Shown: positions 12,299 through 24,010 of the stretch, one piece after another
How positions within the stretch are numbered: position 1 is the first letter of the stretch
How the letters are laid out: the number at the start of each line of letters is the position of its first letter
Origin: Malacoraja senta
Lineage: Eukaryota
Assembly (NCBI GenBank): GCA_038087875.1
Contig: CM075987.1
Location: forward strand, 11,036,001 to 11,100,000
Length of the DNA: 64,000 nt
Direction: 5' to 3'
Translations under genes and position numbers: made by a program
Notes under the pieces: model-generated
What the model was told of the DNA's origin: nothing
Databases searched by the model: none
What the model saw: only the letters and a program-made list of their open reading frames with translations

Positions 12299-15250
12299 AT
12301 TGATGATTTTGTGAAAGGGAAGGACTTGAATATTAATTTTGTAGTCATGTATTATTTTTTATCATTCTTGATAATTATGCTGTTCAATAGCCCACTGGCA
12401 TTCATGTCTTTCATCATGAAGGAAATTTTCTTTGTGTATGGATTTTTGTACAGGTCTACATAGACTGACATTTAAAGGAGTCCATTTTATGTAGATAATC
12501 ACCATTTAGCATTTGACTGTTGTTTAGATGCTGTATTTATGAAAGGCAGTAAATGATTATGAATGTTATGGAGCAAATGAACAAAATTTCTTTTTACACA
12601 TTTTTATGAATTAGGATTGATCACGTCTAAGGAATTTCATACATTGACATATTCGATAATTGGTTTATTACCACTGTAGTTCAGTGAGATGCTAACAAAA
12701 TCTTGGCAGGTGGATTTTTTTAATCAAAGGCAAAGAACGTTAGATTTAAAAGTATTTCAATGTTTTTAATAAGTGATAATGAAATGGCTGTGATTGTGAT
12801 GTAACTGCAATGTCTGGCCTGCAGAGCTTTCAACGTTGTACATTAGGGCGTGTTGGCATTTTAGAATGGAGAACATTTTCCTTTTGTTCATTTATTTGTC
12901 TTAATTTACAAATGCATGATAGTGCAGTATTTTAATATCCTATATATATGTGACCATAAGATTAAACCAATTTTCATCATTTTATTATTTTGAATTGCTC
13001 TTGTGCATTCAAAATGATTTGAGGTGATATACGTTTGATTTTTTTAATATATTTTTTCTTTGTGATCATTATTCATGACAACTTTTTGAAATTAAACGCT
13101 GTAGTAATGCTGGTATGTTATAAGGTTTTTGAAATTTGGGAACGCCGTAGGAAAACCACTTGGAAGACAAAGGGTTGAATTTTCTTTCATGAATTAAAAA
13201 TTTGCTTGTTACACAAATGGAGAAAAACACTAAATTTACTCATTTAAAGCAGTGTTTTCAAAGCAGAAGAATATGTGTTGTTCTTCAGTTTAAATAGGAG
13301 TAAGCTATTGCCCTCTTTCCAAGTATTCTAGTGGATTGGAAACTGTTGTTTCATACCTGGGATTTGGATAAACCAGAAATGTGCTTTGTATTTTTGATGC
13401 TTTCTTTATCCGTGCAATACATTTGTACTATCCTTTCAGGAATTGATAACTCACTGAAATAATGCAATTCCAATTTATTATTGGGCTAATGGCAGTGTAT
13501 TTGGGGGAAAATTGAATGGAAGTGTTTTTAATCGTTTATAGGTTACCCATTAATAATGTGGTCTGTATGTTATGATTTAAATCCTTGTTAGCTTTTAGTG
13601 CTAGTCAAGCCATCTTTTCAAAAATCTTTTGCCACTCTAATTTAATAACATTTAAAAAAATCTGTCTTCTTTAAAAGGCAGTGACTGTTGCTATTAACAC
13701 CATTGACTTTGCACATATTCTTGGACAGAGTGCTGAGTTTGTGAATGTCACAATTGACCTAGATTCTGTCTTATTGACATCCACGTGAAAGCTAGGAACC
13801 TCGGGTGATTTGTCTTTCCTTCTTTCCTTCTTGCCCAAGGGTAGTGAAGCCATGTCTATCAATCAGCTATTGCCATTGGCTCAAAATAACAACTCAGGTG
13901 CTCTGTTAAAAAGTAATTGAGGATAATTGGCTTTTCTCATAATTGCATAAATTAATTGTATATTGAATGACTTTTGTCTAATTATTTTGTAGTAAAATTT
14001 ATGAGTAGATAGTGATATTCAGACTGCATTTACTAGGGGTTGCCCTACGAGACACAAAATGGCTGAAGATTCAGACTATTGTATTAAAATATATCATGTA
14101 TAGCTTAAATGGGAAGTGGCCTCCAAGTACATCTTTCATGAGTGGCTCTTTCATTGTCAAAGAAACCAGAAAGTATTGCAAAACCTTGGTCATATTGTGC
14201 TGCTAACAATCTTTGTCAGGCGAAACACTCTTTTCAGGTAACAATGTATTCACTTTTTTTCTTGCTTTTAAACCCTGCTTTGTTTGAAAACAACAAATTT
14301 ATTTTCAAATGAATCTTACTCTTTTGTGGAGATTATGGTTTTGCCTCAACGATTTATGTTTAATTCTACTCTGTTGTGTTGGAAAAAGGTTGTAAAAAGG
14401 TCTGTCAACAGCTGAGATGCTGCCATTTTTTGTATTGTACATGAATTTTTTTAAAGAAAATGGTGCATTTAGTTGATATGCTGCATTTGATTTGGGAAAA
14501 AGTATATATAAAATAATTCTATTAAAGTTTGGTAGTACAGTATCCAGCAAACATCTTAGAATTTAATGCATCTATATTTTGCTTTAAACTTCGTAAGCAG
14601 TGGTTTAAACATTTAGAAGTTGTGAATGGTGAATGTTTTTCAGTTGGTTCATTTTATATGCAATTTCTATTTGGCTTAACTGAGGTGAAGCTTAATAAAA
14701 TACCATTGTAGTTCCTTCCTTTGAATTATACTTTGGTCATCTAGCTTTATTAAATTATAATGAGTGGTGAACATTATTTCAATATGTGAATTACTTTTTC
14801 CATTTTCAAATCTCCCCTTTATTATATTAATTAAAACCTATAAATAAAGATGAATGAATCAAATAAGATTCCAGATAATAAGTGCATCTAAATGGCATTT
14901 CATCCAATCTTGACCAACTGACGTTTAGAGGCTGGATGTATGTATTTACTTTCATACTGAATTATTTGAGTCATATTACCATCAATCTGGGATCACACAA
15001 ATCTTTGGAAAATGCCTTTGTTTCTCTCTACCTGGAGAAATTATCGTATGTCTTGTTTGAAATTTGGGATATTATGAAATGTTTAAACTTGCCAAGAGAA
15101 AATTTATTTTGTTTGTACGATTCTGCTTTTGCAGTTCTGAAACATAAATCAAAATATGCATGTTATTTACCTTAATTTGACCAGTTTCATGAAATTTCAT
15201 GTGAAGATTGTGAAGAGCTGTAGCCCAGGGACTGTTGTGGTAGTCGGCCA

Positions 15251-15480
15251 CAAAATGGCAGATAATTTGTGTTGCAAGGGAACGTGTTATGAAATGGTTG
15301 AATCTGCAGTGAAGTGCCTCCGTTAAGCATGCTCAGGTTATTGAATTATAGCCTATAGGGGGAGATGAAGAGTTGAAGCAGAAAACTGCCTTCAGCAACA
15401 ACTAGGGTTTACAATTGCTTGAGATTCTTTGTCCAAAGAGAGGTATCAAAACAACCTGCAGAACTTCTATACAGGTAATT
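15251..15480 (+). promoter_or_regulatory. Candidate alternative promoter / non-coding first exon
   Basis: CAAAATGGC 15251, X-box-like GTTGCAAGGGAAC, TAAGCATGCTCA 15324, CAG|gtaatt donor at 15474. Confidence 0.35.
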
Positions 15481-15800
15481 TACCGTCTGCTGCTTGTTCT
15501 GTTTACGCCTCAACCTTTCAAATCTGACAATGATATGCAGAAGTAGTTTGTCACCAAAAACCTGTATTTTATAACTCCTGAATTTAAATATGAAAAATGA
15601 CTTAGTAGTTTAGAGTACTTTGAACTCAGATTGAATAAATGTACAAATAACTGGTCAGTGAAGCTTTATACAAGTCTACTTTTTAATAATTAAACACATT
15701 CCTCCATATTAAATTGGGAAATATGTGGCATTGAAATTAGTTCTCTTTTAAGAAGTTGAGAATGGACTCCTTTTGTTTGAGACAACAGAAGATACTTAAT

Positions 15801-16168
15801 GATAGACATAAAATGCTGGAGTAACTTAGTGGGTCAGGTAGCATCTCTGGAGAAAATAGATAGGTGACGTTTTGGGTTGGGATCCTTCTTCAGACTGATT
15901 GTGTATGTATGTGTGTGTGTGGGGGGGAACTGGAGGCAAAATCAGGGCTGGCAACAGATGACCTGGAAGGGAGGTTCTCTGAAAGGCTGATCGTTGGCTG
16001 AGGACAGTGATCATAAGAGGGACACAGTTGTGAAGTGTGGAACTGGTGAACTGACCTTTAGTGGAGTGGGGGGGAGGGATGTTTGTAGAAGTTACCTAAA
16101 ATTTAGAGGTCAACATTCATACCGCTAGGTTGTAAGCGAAATATAAGGTGCTATTCCTTCAATTTGCG
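15801..16168 (-). mobile_element. Penelope-like element 3' fragment
   Basis: Reverse-strand homology to 17020-17306 (C-terminal coding remnant plus ctgaagaagg...aaacgtcac core and terminal repeat). Confidence 0.8.
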
Positions 16169-16841
16169 CCTTGAGTCGATACTCGTGGTTTTCCAGGATA
16201 AACAATTCTGGAGCTATATGCAGAGCACTATAGGGGTAAAGGAAGTCCCCTATTTAAAACCCCCCCAGCAAATATGCTGCTATCGCCTGTTTTCCTAACT
16301 GGTGCAAAAGTTGCTATTTCAATAAATTTATCTAAATATGTATCTTGATATAATATTTGTATCTTGATCTTATATGTATCTTGATCTAGTGATACGTATT
16401 TCCCAAATCCTGACGTGAACGTTATTGATGTTAACTGGTCTGTGGTATTCTGCATCTTCGTGGTTGAAATTGCACGACTACAATATCTAGCTCGTGATAT
16501 AGATAATTTTATGTTGGCAATCCAGTGACATCACTGTTCAATTTAAAATTAAAAAAATAATCTAATTACATTATTGAAGATTGTAGATGGGAGTATGGAT
16601 TTATGTTTTATGTCTTAAAAGACATATGTTGTGTGCAGTGTGGACCTAAAGTTTTTCTGTGGAATTTTCTTAGTTAAACCAGTCAAAATATGTAAACTTG
16701 CAAAATACGGGTCATTTTTTTAAAGGTTTATCAAGCACTTGTATTTATTTATGCTTCTAGATCTTTTCTAGAAAACATATGGTATTGTTTTGTGAAAACT
16801 ACAGGTAGATTTGGTGGAGTGAGGAAAGTAATTGACATGGT

Positions 16842-17306
16842 TGTCAGCTGCTCTACATCAGTGAGACCAAGCGTAGACTTGGCGATCGCTTCGCCGAACA
16901 CCTCCGCTCGGTTCGCAATAACCAACCTGATCTCCCGGTGGCTCAGCACTTCAACTCCCCCTACCATTCAGAATCCGAACTTTCTGTCCTGGGCCTCCTC
17001 CATGGCCAGAGTGAGGACCACCATAAATTGGAGGAGCAGCACCACATATTTCGTGTGGGTAGTTTGCACCCCAGTGGTATGAACATTGACTTCTCTAATT
17101 TTAAGTAGTCCTCACTTTCTCCTCCCCTTCTCAGCTCTGCCTCAGCCCACTGGCTCCACCTCTTCCTTTCTTCTTCCCGCCTCACCCCCCCCCTCCCCCA
17201 CCCTCACATCGGTCTGAAGAAGGGTTTCGGACCGAAACGTTGCCTATTTCCTTCGCTCCATAGATGCTGCCTCACCCGCTGAGTTTCTCCAGTATTTTTG
17301 TCTACC
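16842..17306 (+). mobile_element. Penelope-like retroelement 3' fragment with GIY-YIG endonuclease C-terminus and hammerhead-like motif
   Basis: Frame 16842-17108 reads CQLLYISETKRRLGDRFAEHLRSVRNNQPDLPVAQHFN...KLEEQHHIFRVGSLHPSGMNIDFSNFK*; followed by the terminal repeat. Confidence 0.92.
17208..17247 (+). ncRNA. Putative minimal type I hammerhead ribozyme
   Basis: CUGAAGA (17214-20), A, stem II GGGU-UUCG-GACC, GAAA-C-GUU; stem I AUCGGU/GCCUAU; located in a Penelope terminal repeat. Confidence 0.6.
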
Positions 17307-19192
17307 TCTGGTAGTTATCTTGTTGGGAACCCATTTTGGAAGTCATGCTAAATTCACCATACGTTTCCTTTTTCTCACAGAAATGTTACGGGAGCATTTT
17401 TTAAGTGTTCTATTGAGTGGATGTGAGCACATTTGATATCAGAAATTGAGTTTTAAAAAACTAACATCCAAGGCACTTTATACTTAATTGTGTTCATTTC
17501 AAGTCACACAAAAATATGCCTGTTCAACCCTTATGTTTTCAAGATGCCACATTAACTTGTACATCAGGTTGTATAGCTGTGTATGGGTTAATTTTGCTGC
17601 TTGATTCTTAATTAAATGTTGGGCATAGAATAATCCACTGTTCATAAACAACATTCCTTATGATTTCTATTCTGGAATATAGTGTAATATAATGGGCACT
17701 TGGGCATATTTATTGGATCAATTACAAATATTTTGAGTGGTTTGGCAACTTGGCTGTAGTTACAGTATCCAGTTGACTTTAAGCATCTCAGTGTGGTAGC
17801 CATTATTACCTTCACTTAGTTTGATTGCAGTGTGCATTGTTGAGAACTACATATACCAGTTTTCTCTAGTGCTAACGATAGATTGTGACGTAACTGCAAT
17901 GGTTTTATTGCATGATATTCTGTACAGTGTGTATACCACAGCTTGAGGCACTCATAAATGGCTGTTGAAGGAAATGTTTTAAGATGAAATGCCGTTACAT
18001 AACCGTCTCACAGCTTTATTTGATGAGCAGTCTAAGCAATGTGGTTTTTAAGGGTTCATTTACTAGTTGGAAGGAAATAATTAGAATTATGTGGAGCTAA
18101 CCCAGCCTGGAAGTACTTGAGGGATTCTTTTATGGTGTTAATCTTTGATTTGCTGCTTTGATATTCTAGGGATTGTACTTTGCTAATTAGGAAAGTTATC
18201 TTGGTTAAAATAGTTATTATTAGATTAAATAACTAGGCAAAAATGTTTGTCATGTTGGATTCAAAGTTTAATTTGATTAATGTAACTGTTTTTGTACTGT
18301 CAGTTGATAGAATAATACTTGTGCATTGGTTTTAATTACGTTGCTGCATTTTTTTAATTGTGCTCAAGTATAAATAATTGGGTTTTCTTCCTTCATTGTG
18401 TGCATTGAAGAATGATCATTGACATTTTAATGGGAACAACTGTGAAGTGAGAAACCTTTGTCAGAGTTTCTAGTCCCCATGCTATATGGACGGACCCTTC
18501 TTCAAAGATGCCATGCAAACATTTACCCACAATTTCTTTTGAGTTGCTCCTTTGAATATTACATTATGAAATGTAATTTATTCACTGATGTAATGTTACA
18601 GATTCCTAGCTTAAAATTTTTAATATACATTTTTGGAGCAGGGCTGAAAATTGCTTATATTGAGCTGATTATTCAGTAATTCCCATAATGGATATGTTTA
18701 ATATCTTTTAAAACATTTTGAATAACTGAAGTAGGGCATGAACATTACAAAGGTTAATTCTTCCAAACCTGTTGACATTTTAATTCGCATGATTCTGCTT
18801 TTTAAATTGAAGAAAAATAATTACTTAAACGGAATTAAAAGAAAAACTTGACTTTGCTGTGATTAATACCAATTAGGTAATGTTTTGCAGTCATAATTAG
18901 TATGATTCTAACTTTTATATGTAGAGAATGTTTTCTCTGCCTGAGTAGAAATAGGATATTTAAGATGAAATGGGATGACATTGTTCACTTAGATGGGTTG
19001 GATCTTTGGAAAACTCTACTCTAATGGGCTCTTCTCAAAACAGAGATCAAAGGTTCCTGTGTATTGGAGGATTCCATGGATGTGGATATGATTGGAAAAT
19101 GATCTTGAAGAGAGATCAAGATTGAAATGAAGAAATGAAGCAGGATATACACAATGAATGCTCTGAGAAACAAAGGATGAGATTGGTGAAGA

Positions 19193-19349
19193 TATAGACA
19201 AAAAGCTGAGTAACTCAGTGGGTAAGACAGCATCTCTGGAGAAAGGAATGGGTGATGTTTCGGGTCGGGACCCTTTTGACCCACTGAATTACTCCAGCTT
19301 TTTGTGTCTATCTTCGGTTTAAACCAGCATCCGCCGTTGCTTCCTACAC
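19193..19349. mobile_element. Fold-back Penelope-derived short element
   Basis: tagacaaaaagctgagtaactcagtgggt ... acccactgaattactccagctttttgtgtcta inverted arms; imperfect direct repeat gatgagattg(g/c)tga on both sides. Confidence 0.75.
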
Positions 19350-20090
19350 GATGAGATTGCTGATGAAGATTTTTGCATGGTAGCTAAAACAAAATCATGC
19401 TCATTTTTCCTAATCAGTCTCTGTCTTTTCAAATGAACATATATCTTCTCCCTTAGAATTTTCTCCAAAATTGGTCCAACTATTAATGTAAGGCACACGG
19501 GCCTACAATTACTTGGCTTATCCATTGCTTCCCTTAAGTAAAGGAACAGCATTAACTATCGTCTGGTCTTTTGGTGCCATGCCTGAGGTTAATGAGGATG
19601 CAATAATCTTCATCTGGACATCAGCAATCTCATCCCTCTTATCGCAGAGCATTCTGGCATAGATCTTATCCTGGTGGAGTACTACCCTCATCTCTTGTAG
19701 GATGCTATATTTTGTCTCAAAAACTTTCTTCAATGCACTTAACAAATCTAAGCCGCTTGCACAAAGGCCATCCCAGTTTATATTCAGAAAGCTTAAACTC
19801 CTCACACTCATGCTCGGGTAATTTAACTACAAAGTCTGTTCCTCTAATTCCTGCATATTATTGCGAGGCCTATTGTATAACAGCAGCAAAATCATTGCCC
19901 CTCTCATTCCTGAGATCATACATTTAGCCTTATTGGACAATCCCTTCATGATGTCCTCTCTATTTCTGTTGTAATGCTCTCCTGTGTAACCCATTCACCT
20001 AGCTAAAGTTTAGTGGGAAGTATTTGTAATTTGGGGAGGTGTAAACAGCAGTGCAACTCCCCCTCTTTAGCATCCTCCTCACTCCTTAAG
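19350..20090 (-). mobile_element. CR1-type LINE fragment (endonuclease/RT, degraded)
   Basis: DKPSNCRPVCLT..VG.ILEKILREKIY.HL; NAVPLLKG; FLNINWD. Confidence 0.85.
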
Positions 20091-20142
20091 CTTCTACGGG
20101 TCATCGATGGTTGGCCAAAAGGGCCTGCTTCCATGCTGTATC

Positions 20143-20172
20143 AGTCAATCAATCAATCAATCAATCAATCAA
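20143..20172 (+). repeat. (TCAA)n microsatellite at a CR1/SINE tail
   Basis: tcaatcaatcaatcaatcaatcaatcaa after gggcctgcttccatgctgta. Confidence 0.9.
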
Positions 20173-20477
20173 TTATGCAGTTCAACATTGATGATCTGCT
20201 GAAAATATGTATTTCATGGGTATAGAGATATGTTAGTAACACATCCATGTACTCCAGGTGTTAGATTTCCCGCCAAAATAGTTTCCTTATTTATGGTTTA
20301 ATTTGTTAAAGACACTCACCGAGACAAAGTATTTGAAGTCTGGGAAAGTGTAAACAGTAGATGGTATTTTCTTCTGTCTGCATGCCTGATAATTGACCTT
20401 GTGTAGGAAATGATATCATAAGCAAATTGAATAGCTGATACAAAACTAATTTGGCAAAACTTCAAGAAACGCACGTA

Positions 20478-20590
20478 GAAACAAGTCTGAAGTCTGAAGG
20501 AAGGTCTAGACCCGAAATATCACATATCCATGTTCTCCAGAGATGCTGGCTGACCCGCTGATTTACACCAGCACTTTGTGTCTTTTTGTG
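20478..20590 (+). mobile_element. Short Penelope-derived element
   Basis: ctgaaggaaggtctagacccgaaatatcac...ccagcactttgtgtct; flanked by ttcaagaaa direct repeat. Confidence 0.7.
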
Positions 20591-20753
20591 TTCAAGAAAT
20601 ACATGTTAGTTTCTACAAATTGGAAGTATGTACTTGATCTAAATATAAAAATATTACATAGAATAAAAAATCGGTCACTTCAATCTATTTAGGAACTGAG
20701 TCCACAATCTGCAAGTAAATTTATACACTTTTCCATTTCCATTTGTATTTCAG

Positions 20754-20838
20754 TCTATAGGCATGACTGGGGCAGACACAGCCATAGAAGACGGGAAACG
20801 GGAAGTAGCAAAGGAATCATCCACTACTGAAGACAAAG
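20754..20838 (+). CDS. EHMT1: EHMT1 exon 2 equivalent (SIGMTGADTAIEDGKREVAKESSTTEDK)
   Basis: Pyrimidine tract + cag acceptor, open frame, AAG|gtgaac donor, phase 0->1 matching the next exon; second acceptor tag|20761. Confidence 0.7.
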
Positions 20839-21657
20839 GTGAACAAAAGTGCAAGCTCAGCTGTGTGGCTTTGCTTATTTTTAAATGTTTTGTATGAGCA
20901 CTCAGATTGATAGTTAACAAATTTAATGCAGTTTTTAAAAAATGAAACAAGTTTTAGATTTCTAACTATAGAATATATTTGTTTCTATAGTTAGAAATCT
21001 ACATATAAGTGCTTTACATTTATAGAATCTACATATGTGCTTTACATTTTTTGTGAATTTGACAGTCTTCAAAAGTTATTGTGTGATAACCTTTTTTCTC
21101 TTAATAGGGTTACATATTGTACATGTTGAATATATTAAAGATGTGGTACAAATACTGTCTTGTTGCCAATCAGTGGGATTTTACTGTCTTGAGGGGTCTG
21201 TTAAATTATTTGTCATATTATTGTAGAACAATCTTTGTACATTCCCAAACTCATTGTGACGTAATAAGCATAATAAATTACATAGGATATACGGCAGAGA
21301 AATGGACTATTCGGCCCAGTTAGTCTAAACTGGCACCTACTTTCCTCTGGGGTCTCCCATCCTTTCTTTTCTCAATCTATTCGCAGAATCCTCTGTTCAC
21401 TCTTTCTCTCGTGCTTGTTTAGTGTAAAAAAAATATTTGTTCAGGATAGAGTGGTTTTCATGCCCAAGTACAATTAATTTGATAATAGTCGAGTTTATTG
21501 TCATATGCATAAGTATGGTGAGATAAAGACACAATGAAAATCTTGTAGCGTGCAGACTCAGTCAACATACTTCAGATTTCCTTTTTTTTTTGTTGATGAT
21601 CATTTACTTTTATTGTGTACTTGGGAAATATTGACGCTGTTGTGATGTTTTCTACAG

Positions 21658-22274
21658 GAAGTGACCTCACAGCTGCTAATTTGAGTGTCACAGAGACGCC
21701 ACGGGAAACTTGTGAGATGTTTGCAGATGGTGAAACCAATGGTTCTTGTGGAGAGAGTGAAGAAGCATCTTCAACAATGAATCATCAAATGTCAATTAAA
21801 AACACTCAGGACATTGTGAAAACAGCATTGCAGGATTTAAACGAACTGAAACAGATAAATGAAAATGGAATACTAGGAGAAGACAATAAGACAGTTAAAG
21901 CAAGTAATCATATGAATTCAGATGATTTGACACGAACATCTGTGACCGGAAGTAATGGATTTGTTTTAAATAGTAAACCCTTATCGCAAGTACAGACTGG
22001 GCCTCCTCCCGTATTCAGTCATGCTGCCAAAACACTTCCTTCGTCTCCCAGCAAAGCTAGAGGAATTAACATGGTAAAAAACATAAGTACAGCATTAGCT
22101 GCCGAAGTTCTGCAAAATCAAGCCATGAAATCGCTTACTCTGGCATCAGCCAAATCAGGAGGAGAAAACCTCGAAGAAAACACATCTCAGGCTAAAAAAC
22201 TTTCACAGGGCCTCAATACTGAGGTCAAAATTCATCGAGCAAGGAAGACTCTGCCTAAGCTCAACCCGAATCAG
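21658..22274 (+). CDS. EHMT1: EHMT1 exon 3 (contains ADGETNGSCG and KIHRARKTLPK automethylation motif)
   Basis: tctacag| ... CAG|gtaaga; 617 nt, phase 1->0; motifs ADGETNGSC, TSVTGSNG, HAAKTLP and HRARKT typical of GLP. Confidence 0.95.
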
Positions 22275-23029
22275 GTAAGAAGCTTAATCTTCAAAAGGTA
22301 TTTGTACTGGTTATACTTTTTTGCACAAATTATCTCTTTTGAAATAGGCTGCTTGAATTACTCGGATAAGGATTGATGAGGATTAGCAATGTAAGGAATT
22401 ATTTATTTTTATAGAAAATAATTAACAATTGGTTTTGCAATAGAAGATGCATAATGTATTAAATATGCATTATGTATATACATTGTCTAAAGCCACAGAA
22501 TCTTCAGTTAGATTCACCTTGATATAATTCTAATAATTTTTTAACTCCTACAATGAGCCTCCATAAATTGGCTGCCCTTGTGATCTAAATCAAATGCTGA
22601 CAGAGCTGGTGTGTGAAGAATGTTGATAGGTTATTTGGATTAGTACTGTTTGGGGTGGAAAAAAGTGAACATGTTTGAGATGCTTAGAGTCAAAATTGTT
22701 CTGCCCAGAAATGGGTCTTTTTGCCCAAAACATCCATACTAAACCTCCTGCCATTCATTCTAATCCTATGTACATACATTAGATCTGTAACTTTCTATGC
22801 CAGTTTAAATATTTCCAAAACACAATTTGACAACACCACTTCCTCTGACAGCAAGTTCCAGATGTGTTGGGAAAATAAAACTCTCTTGGATTCCCTTTAT
22901 AGTCATAGAGCGTGGACACAGGACCTTTGGTCCAACTTGTTCACACCGACCAACATGCCCCATCTACACTAGTCCCACCTTTCTGTGTTTGGCCCATATC
23001 CTTCTAAACCTCTCCAATGCGCGTACCTG

Positions 23030-24010
23030 GGACAGTACTGGCAGTTCCAGGATTTTGGTGTTTCAGACAAGATAAAGAGGAAGGTAAAAGAGGTGGAGGA
23101 GTTGCTTTGTTAATCAGGAAAAATGTCACGGCGACACTCAGAGGACTTACTCGAGGGTTTGACCACCGAGCAATATGGGTAGAGTTAAAAATACACAATG
23201 TGCATTCAATCGAATGGGATTATACTATAGAACTCTCATTAGCCAGTGGGAGAAAGAGGAACAGATATGTAGATATTATGAAAAGATGCAAAAGCAAGAG
23301 AATTGTCGTTGTGGGCGACTTCAAGTTATCCAATATTAATTGGTACTTGCTCAGCAAAAAAGACTTGTATGTGGCAGAACTTGTTAGGTGTATTCAAGAG
23401 TGACCTGTGACCATTTGAAAATGGCGGGGCAGGTTGAGAAACTGGTTAAAAAAACAGATCTTGTACTTCATAAATGGAGACCTAGAGTGCAAAAGTAAGG
23501 AAGTCACAATGGAAACACTAGTTTGGCCACAATTGGGGTTGTTTCCAATTTGGGGTACAACACTCCAGGAAAGAATTAAAAGCTTTAGAAAGTCTCAAAT
23601 GGTGCCAGTGATGAAACGTATAGACTGGAGAAGCTGGGGATTTCCTCCTTGGCACAGGGGTGGTTGTTACGGCATCTGATAGAGGTACTATAGTTGTGGA
23701 AGTATCGATAAAGAAAAACTGTTCCATTGGCAGAGTAGTCAGGAACTAGGGGACATGGAATGCAGGTAAAAGACAAAAGAACCAGAACTGAAAAAAGGAG
23801 AAATTTACATGAATGGATTAGGGTCTGGAATGCATTGCTAGAGGTATAATGAAGACAGTTTCAACTGCTGCATTCCAAAGTGAATAGGATAAAGAATTTG
23901 CAGAGCTGTGCAGATAGAGCAGGTCAGTGGAAAGATTCTAACTGGATTGTTTGCATATTAATCTGGTCTGATTTACAAGAGGGAATGGCTTCCTTGCATC
24001 CTTCCATGAA
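23030..24010 (+). mobile_element. CR1-type LINE fragments (APE endonuclease and 3' end)
   Basis: FRQDKEEGKRGGGVALLI, AIWVELK, VVVGDF..NINW; CR1-like 3' region. Confidence 0.85.

Noticed and set aside
21615-22376. ORF-track boundaries as true CDS starts/stops
   Set aside because: ORFs run into introns; splice signals define shorter exons
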